Position numbers and translations under genes: made by a program. This document shows positions 58,587 through 64,000 of a stretch of DNA of 64,000 nt, in pieces; positions within the stretch are counted from its first letter, which is position 1, and each line of letters begins with the position of its first letter. The notes beneath the pieces are model-generated. The model was not told where the DNA came from, searched no databases, and saw only the letters and a list, made by a program, of their open reading frames with translations. The stretch is from contig JAPKFC010000001.1 in assembly GCA_028821785.1 (NCBI GenBank), forward strand, positions 7,518-71,517, written 5' to 3'. The stretch comes from Candidatus Poseidoniaceae archaeon (GTDB lineage Archaea > Thermoplasmatota > Poseidoniia > Poseidoniales > Poseidoniaceae).

Positions 58587-59414
58587 ATGTCTGAAACGTT
58601 ACTCTCGATAAAGGGGGTTGCCAAACATTTTGACGAGATAGAAGCTCTTAGTCACATAGATTTGGACATCCGTAGTGGCGAAGTAGTCGGATTGGTTGGA
58701 AGTAATGGGGCTGGAAAAACAACATTGCTGAGATTAATGGCAGGAGTATATACTCCGACGAAAGGTAGTGTAACATTGGAAGATGGTTCTGATGTATCTG
58801 AAATGAGACACCTATTGGGTGTTGTTCCAGAATCTACTGGCTTGTATTCTCGTCTTACAGCATGGGAAAATATCCGCTATCATTCGAGATTATATGGGAT
58901 CGATGATGAAACCTCTTGGAAACGTACACAATTATTCGCTAGCAGATTGGGGATGAGTGATAGTCTAAGCCGCCACACCAAAGGGTTCAGTAGAGGAATG
59001 AAGCAAAAGACTGCTCTTCTTAGAGCACTTGCTCATGGTCCAAGCATACTACTTCTCGATGAACCTACTGCAGGATTGGACATCACCAGTGCTAGAACTG
59101 TTAGAGCACTTGTAAAGCAATTGCGCGATGAGGGTGGCACTGTAGTATATTCAACTCACCAATTGGAAGAAGCAAGACAAGTATGCGATCGCATAATTAT
59201 AATTCACAATGGAGAGGTTAGAGCCGATGGTTCTCCCCAACAGTTAATGGAGCAAACCGAACAAGATTCTTTGGAAGAGGCATATGTTTCGCTGACCGCT
59301 GACCAAGCGAGGTCAAGAAACGAAGATGCTGATTCGGAAGGGCGCATTACGGCTTGGTGGAGAAAATTATTCACTCCTAAAACACCTGAATTGGAGGTGG
59401 ATATTGATGGCTGA
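58587..59414 (+). CDS. ABC transporter ATP-binding protein (NatA-like)
   Basis: GSNGAGKTT, FSRGMKQK, LLLDEPTAGLD, STH. Confidence 0.92.
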   Translation: MSETLLSIKGVAKHFDEIEALSHIDLDIRSGEVVGLVGSNGAGKTTLLRLMAGVYTPTKGSVTLEDGSDVSEMRHLLGVVPESTGLYSRLTAWENIRYHSRLYGIDDETSWKRTQLFASRLGMSDSLSRHTKGFSRGMKQKTALLRALAHGPSILLLDEPTAGLDITSARTVRALVKQLRDEGGTVVYSTHQLEEARQVCDRIIIIHNGEVRADGSPQQLMEQTEQDSLEEAYVSLTADQARSRNEDADSEGRITAWWRKLFTPKTPELEVDIDG

Positions 59415-60627
59415 TGGTAGCGCTATGCGAATAAAACAAATCGCAAAGAAGGAAGTTGTTGAGTTTTCCAGAGATTGGAGAACGATTATTGCAATCATTG
59501 TTATTCCATTGTTGATGTTCCCTTTACTATTCATTCTATTTCCAGTATTACTACAATCTGAAGCAGCAGAATTGAAGTCATTAGAATTGGATTTAACGAT
59601 TCAAACTGATAATATGCCTGAGAATTTAAGCATGATAATTAATAAATCAGCGATAGTAATCAGCTATGAAGAGTTACCTATTTTAGATGATTTAAGCCAA
59701 CCTGGTAATGATATAGAGCGTTTGAGAAATGGCTCAATAGATGCCATATTGAGAATTACTCAAAGAGAGGATATCTGGTATTATTCCATCCTTCATATGT
59801 CAACATCTGAACATTCAAGAGAAGCTAAATCAAGATTATTATATGATTTGAATGAATGGGAAGACAATGAAACTGCTGCAAGAATTAAATCTGGCGGCCT
59901 AGACGTCAATTCAACACTGGACCCTCTTCGGTGGGATGGTGAATTCACACAAGCAGATGCTGCAACCGCTGGCGAACAGGCTGGAATGGCATTATCGATG
60001 TTCATTCCACTGGTATTGGCCGTCTGGACCTTCTCATCGGCAATTCAGCCATCAATTGATATGACAGCGGGCGAAAGAGAAAGAGGTACGCTAGAAGCAC
60101 TTCTAAGCCTGCCCTGCACACGCCTTGAATTATTATTCGGCAAGTGGTTGGCGGTAGCCACTATTACAGGGGTTGGAGTATTATTGCAGATATGTGGATT
60201 ATTATTTGCGATAGGCTATCTAGCGAGTTCCAGTATCATCGGTGTTCCTGAACTATCGGTGCTAACAATTCTGCTGATAATTGGCGCGATTATGCTATTT
60301 GCAATAATGGTCGTGGCAATAGAATTGGCCCTTGCAATGAGATCTCATAGCGTAAAGGAGGCTGGAAGTATCCTCGGACCTGCTATTATGCTGATTATTT
60401 TCCCAGCCTTATTCACTCAAGTTATCAATTTGGACGGAATTGAGTCGTTTTGGTTTGCAATTCCGGTGGTTAATGTTCTACTTGCTCTCAGAGAATTATT
60501 GATGAATAGAGTAATTACAACTCACATCATTATTTGGGTTGGAACTTCAATATTGTACGCATTAATGGCAGCAAAATATGCAGCAAGTCAATTCAAGAGA
60601 GAAGATATTGTTACTTCACTTAGTTGA
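59407..60627 (+). CDS. ABC-2 type permease (NatB-like)
   Basis: KKEVVEFSRDWRT, AGERERGTLEALL, LLFGKW, SVKEA, AIPVVN. Confidence 0.88.
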   Translation: MADGSAMRIKQIAKKEVVEFSRDWRTIIAIIVIPLLMFPLLFILFPVLLQSEAAELKSLELDLTIQTDNMPENLSMIINKSAIVISYEELPILDDLSQPGNDIERLRNGSIDAILRITQREDIWYYSILHMSTSEHSREAKSRLLYDLNEWEDNETAARIKSGGLDVNSTLDPLRWDGEFTQADAATAGEQAGMALSMFIPLVLAVWTFSSAIQPSIDMTAGERERGTLEALLSLPCTRLELLFGKWLAVATITGVGVLLQICGLLFAIGYLASSSIIGVPELSVLTILLIIGAIMLFAIMVVAIELALAMRSHSVKEAGSILGPAIMLIIFPALFTQVINLDGIESFWFAIPVVNVLLALRELLMNRVITTHIIIWVGTSILYALMAAKYAASQFKREDIVTSLS

Positions 60628-62124
60628 TTAAGAAGTAAAGTGGATTATTGATTCTCTAACTATTTTGATAATCAAATCTATTTCTTCAGAAGTAATAGCA
60701 AAGTGTGGTGTGAAACGTAATGCATTTTTTCCTCCATGAATAACACCTAAGCCTCTTCTACGACACCAAGGTTCAACGGCATCAAATCCAACCACTGGTA
60801 AAATATCAGGCTTTAGTTCAGCACTACACAATAACCCTGTACCTTGTACAAGTGTGATATATTCAGGGAATTCTTCGGCTAGTATATTCAATTTATTAAC
60901 AAACTCTACACCCTTATTACGAATGTTTTGTCTTAACTCGGGAGTAATCCTATCAAGAACAGCGATTGCGGTTTCCAGTGCTCTTGGATTAGTGGTCATC
61001 GTATTGCCATAAATTCCTGAAACATATAATGACGATGCTCTTTTATTCATTCCAAGTACAGAGAGTGGATATTGCCCTGCATTCATTGCCTTTGACCATG
61101 TCTCTAGATCGGGTGCGAGGCAATCTTGGAAACCCTGATAATCAACAATTGAAAGACAACCTTGCCCCCTCAATCCTGCTTGTATTGAATCAACTAGTAA
61201 CATCGAGCCATGTTCTAAAGTCAATCTTCTAGCTTCATCATAAAATGCACGTTCAACGCATTGCCCAGGATTTCCTTCACCTTGAACCGGTTCAATAGCC
61301 ATTAGTTCAATGAATTCACCCTTTTCTTCTGCACTAGCGAAAACATTTCTTAACGCATCGATATCATTTGGTGGAACTAGATATAAATTATCTCTATCTC
61401 TAAATGATGCTAGGTTTTTATCATAGTTTCTCATGCAAGAATGCGAAAGTTGTGCTGGGCGACCTGTTCTTCCGTGGAACGCTTGCTCAATAGCCACTAA
61501 CTTGATTGTTTTACCTTCATATCTCCCACCTGGACCAGTCATAGTGTTGGCATTAGCATCAGAAATTCGCAATGAAACTGTTACTGCTTCTGAACCACTA
61601 TTCATACAAATAAATCTATCAAAAGGACAACTACCTCTACTATGACCTAATTCTTTGATTAGTCGATCTGTTAATCTCTGTTGAGAAAAAGAAGGTGTCA
61701 TTACATTGGCCATTACCCAATTTTGAGACATCGCTTTAATTATTTCATCTGGACCATGCCCGCCACCGAGCATCCCATATCCGCCATTATCATGCAATAC
61801 TGCACCATGGGCAGATATCACCCATGGACCTCTCGCAGCAATAGCAATGTATGGATTGACAGTTGCGGGATTGTAAAAATTGACATATCCGCTTTGCAGT
61901 TTTGTAACTAATTCCGACTCTGGCGACATTAGAAGTTCTGATTCAAACTCCTCTCTAAGACCCAAATGATATTGATGGCCCTCTTTGATTGCACGCGAAA
62001 GATTACTATCGAGGGCAATGAATTTGATAATTTCATCATCGTTCAAACCTGTAGTTTCGCATGTCCCAGAATTGGCTCTAATATCAAAAAGTAATTCCAT
62101 CAACTGGGCTGCGTCAGTACTCAT
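60628..62124 (-). CDS. Class III PLP aminotransferase, L-lysine 6-aminotransferase-like
   Basis: VNFY..PYIAIAARGPWV..GGYGMLG.GH, NSGSEA, FHGRT, EPVQGEG, DSIQAG, WSKAMNAGQYPLS; start likely ATG 62124. Confidence 0.82.
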   Translation of the reverse strand: MSTDAAQLMELLFDIRANSGTCETTGLNDDEIIKFIALDSNLSRAIKEGHQYHLGLREEFESELLMSPESELVTKLQSGYVNFYNPATVNPYIAIAARGPWVISAHGAVLHDNGGYGMLGGGHGPDEIIKAMSQNWVMANVMTPSFSQQRLTDRLIKELGHSRGSCPFDRFICMNSGSEAVTVSLRISDANANTMTGPGGRYEGKTIKLVAIEQAFHGRTGRPAQLSHSCMRNYDKNLASFRDRDNLYLVPPNDIDALRNVFASAEEKGEFIELMAIEPVQGEGNPGQCVERAFYDEARRLTLEHGSMLLVDSIQAGLRGQGCLSIVDYQGFQDCLAPDLETWSKAMNAGQYPLSVLGMNKRASSLYVSGIYGNTMTTNPRALETAIAVLDRITPELRQNIRNKGVEFVNKLNILAEEFPEYITLVQGTGLLCSAELKPDILPVVGFDAVEPWCRRRGLGVIHGGKNALRFTPHFAITSEEIDLIIKIVRESIIHFTS

Positions 62125-62230
62125 CAAACATCGTAATAGAAGGGGGGATTTGAACATTCGTAGCAGGGCCCTTCCTCAAATAATGCAAATCAACTTACCA
62201 TTTTTCATAATTATGTACTCCTATGGAGGC

Positions 62231-62280
62231 AAATAATACCACAGTAATACTACAGTATTACTCTAGTAATACTTATATTG
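62231..62280 (+). promoter_or_regulatory. Phased operator array (4 x TAWTAC at 11-bp spacing) abutting a TATA-like box
   Basis: TAATAC 62234, TAATAC 62245, TATTAC 62256, TAATAC 62267; CTTATAT at 62272, 29 nt before ATG 62301. Confidence 0.7.
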
Positions 62281-62300
62281 GATAGGGTAGAGCCTAAACC

Positions 62301-62477
62301 ATGCCTAAGATATCATTGGACATGCCAAGCCAATTGACTGAAGATTTACGTAAACATGTCGGAGATGACAAAAAATTTGTCAGCCTAGCAGATGCTGTTA
62401 GAACGGCTTGTCGGAAATTATTAGATCAACTTGATGAAATTGATTCTAGGCATGGAAGAGGACCCTCGCAGGAGTGA
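62301..62477 (+). CDS. Ribbon-helix-helix (CopG/Arc/MetJ) transcriptional regulator, 58 aa, absent from the ORF track
   Basis: MPKISLDMPSQLTEDLRKHVGDDKKFVSLADAVRTACRKLLDQLDEIDSRHGRGPSQE: beta-strand KISLD, then helix, turn, SxADAVR helix. Confidence 0.82.
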   Translation: MPKISLDMPSQLTEDLRKHVGDDKKFVSLADAVRTACRKLLDQLDEIDSRHGRGPSQE

Positions 62478-62482
62478 ATAAT

Positions 62483-63055
62483 ATGGTATCTAAAAACGAA
62501 GCTGAATTGGCTGTAAAGACTCTACTAGAGTATTTGGAAGGAAACTTATCTGAACGGGAGGGGTTGCTCAAAACGCCAAAGAGAGTCATTGATTCGTGGG
62601 ATGAAGTATTCGCCGGATATTCACAAAATGCAGAAGATATTCTTGAGGCCACTTTCAATGGAGAAGGATACAATGGAATCGTATTATTGCGTGATATTGA
62701 ATTCCATTCCACTTGCGAGCATCACTTGCAACCATTCAGAGGAAGAGCACATGTTGCTTACATTCCTACTGAGCGAATCGTTGGTATCTCGAAGTTAGCA
62801 CGTATCGTTGAATTACACGGCAGAAGATTACAGAATCAGGAACGCATTACAAAGGGCGTAGCCGATGATTTGGAAGCACATCTTTCCCCACTCGGTTGCG
62901 CTGTTATTATCGAAGCGGCTCATGGCTGTATGCAATGCCGCGGTGTTGCAAAGCAGAACGCTATCATGACTACATCGGCTATGCGTGGCGTATTCTTTGA
63001 CAAGGCTGAGGCTAGGGCGGAATTAATGCAATTGATTCACACCCGCCCGCTTTGA
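62483..63055 (+). CDS. folE: GTP cyclohydrolase I (type IA)
   Basis: REGLLKTPKRV, STCEHHLQPF, GISKLAR, RLQNQERIT, HGCMQCRG. Confidence 0.95.
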   Translation: MVSKNEAELAVKTLLEYLEGNLSEREGLLKTPKRVIDSWDEVFAGYSQNAEDILEATFNGEGYNGIVLLRDIEFHSTCEHHLQPFRGRAHVAYIPTERIVGISKLARIVELHGRRLQNQERITKGVADDLEAHLSPLGCAVIIEAAHGCMQCRGVAKQNAIMTTSAMRGVFFDKAEARAELMQLIHTRPL

Positions 63056-63077
63056 ATGAGATTCGGAGGTCAATAGG

Positions 63078-63743
63078 ATGAAGGATGAATTTGAGAATTG
63101 TGGCATTGCAGGAAATACTGCGGTTGACAATCCTACTGACCTAGCCATGGAATACAAAATCGTTGAAATATTCCATTCAATTCAAGGCGAAGGTGCAAAG
63201 TGTGGAATTCCTCATGTTTTTGTCCGTTTTGGTAAATGTAATTTACAATGCGAATGGTGTGATACGGATTTTGAAACATTCACAACAATGTCTGCAATTG
63301 ACATCTTGGGAGAGGTTCTCAAATTTGACTGCAAGAAAATTATTTTCACTGGTGGCGAACCGATGCTTAACGATCTATGGCCACTACACAGATTACTCAA
63401 AGCGCGTGGGTATGAATTATCTTGCGAGAGTAACGGCACAATAGAAATTCCTGAAGGATTATTGGATTGGATAACCATCTCCCCTAAGGACCAGGAATAT
63501 CCTAATGTGTCTATTAGACAACGAACAGGAGATGAATTGAAGTGCGTATATGTTGGTCAAGATTTATCCTTATATGATGATTTAAAGCATGGTTTTGAGC
63601 ATTTATTTTTACAACCGTGTTATATTCATTCACAAGATGTAGAATGGAATGGAAAGAATTTTGCTCTAACTGAAAAAGTTGTAAAGGATAATTCTCCTTG
63701 GAGACTAAGTCTTCAAACTCACAAATGGATGGGTATTGATTGA
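63078..63743 (+). CDS. queE: 7-carboxy-7-deazaguanine synthase (radical SAM)
   Basis: EIFHSIQGEG, CNLQCEWCDT, TGGEP, ESNGT, TISPK, FLQP, LSLQTHK. Confidence 0.93.
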   Translation: MKDEFENCGIAGNTAVDNPTDLAMEYKIVEIFHSIQGEGAKCGIPHVFVRFGKCNLQCEWCDTDFETFTTMSAIDILGEVLKFDCKKIIFTGGEPMLNDLWPLHRLLKARGYELSCESNGTIEIPEGLLDWITISPKDQEYPNVSIRQRTGDELKCVYVGQDLSLYDDLKHGFEHLFLQPCYIHSQDVEWNGKNFALTEKVVKDNSPWRLSLQTHKWMGID

Positions 63744-63755
63744 GGTGATTCAAAG

Positions 63756-64000
63756 ATGAGAGCAGTAATGGCATTTAGTGGAGGAATGGATTCAACTAGT
63801 TTGTTGATGAGATTACTAGCCGATGGTTACACAGTAGATTGCTTATCATATGAATATGGCCAAAAGCATTCCCTCGAATTGGAAAGAGCCAAGCAAAATA
63901 TTGCCTATCTTGCTGAAAACAGTTTCCAGGTCACCCATCAAATCGTTGACTTGAGCAGCGCAATGAACTTATTCCACTCTAGCCTAATAGTTGGCGGAGC
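63756..64000 (+). CDS. queC: 7-cyano-7-deazaguanine synthase (partial, runs off the window)
   Basis: MRAVMAFSGGMDST..YGQKHSLELERA; SD GAGGTGA upstream; follows queE. Confidence 0.9.
   Translation, partial: MRAVMAFSGGMDSTSLLMRLLADGYTVDCLSYEYGQKHSLELERAKQNIAYLAENSFQVTHQIVDLSSAMNLFHSSLIVGG

Noticed and set aside
62483..64000. folE-queE-queC as a dpd DNA-modification or phage defence island
   Set aside because: No dpdA/TGT paralog or mobile context in the window; archaeosine tRNA precursor synthesis is the simpler explanation, though downstream genes are not visible

Overview
Gene-dense archaeal chromosomal segment with about 57 CDS and one tRNA. The gene content (archaeal GlyRS/ProRS/MetRS, RFC-L, PriS, PAN, SRP54, Kae1, Tsr3, aMBF1, plus bacterial-type transketolase/transaldolase, Hut, futalosine and FdhD/YdeP genes and acidic EF-hand and WD40 membrane proteins) suggests a Thermoplasmatota archaeon, most likely Marine Group II/Ca. 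Poseidoniales; this is an inference, not a database result. No transposases, CRISPR arrays or prophage were seen. Most notable observations: (1) a half-length homolog of eukaryotic deoxyhypusine hydroxylase (DOHH), broken by a +1 frameshift; (2) a perfect dif/lox-like recombinase site next to tRNA-Val; (3) an unannotated ribbon-helix-helix gene with an 11-bp-phased operator array heading a folE-queE-queC (preQ0/archaeosine) operon; (4) a recurring non-canonical TT(C/G)A(A/T)R promoter box about 30 nt upstream of many start codons; (5) a folate-dependent histidine degradation set beside FdhD/YdeP; (6) several calcium-handling proteins; (7) an in-frame TAG in methylmalonyl-CoA mutase. All protein calls come from motif recognition without searches.
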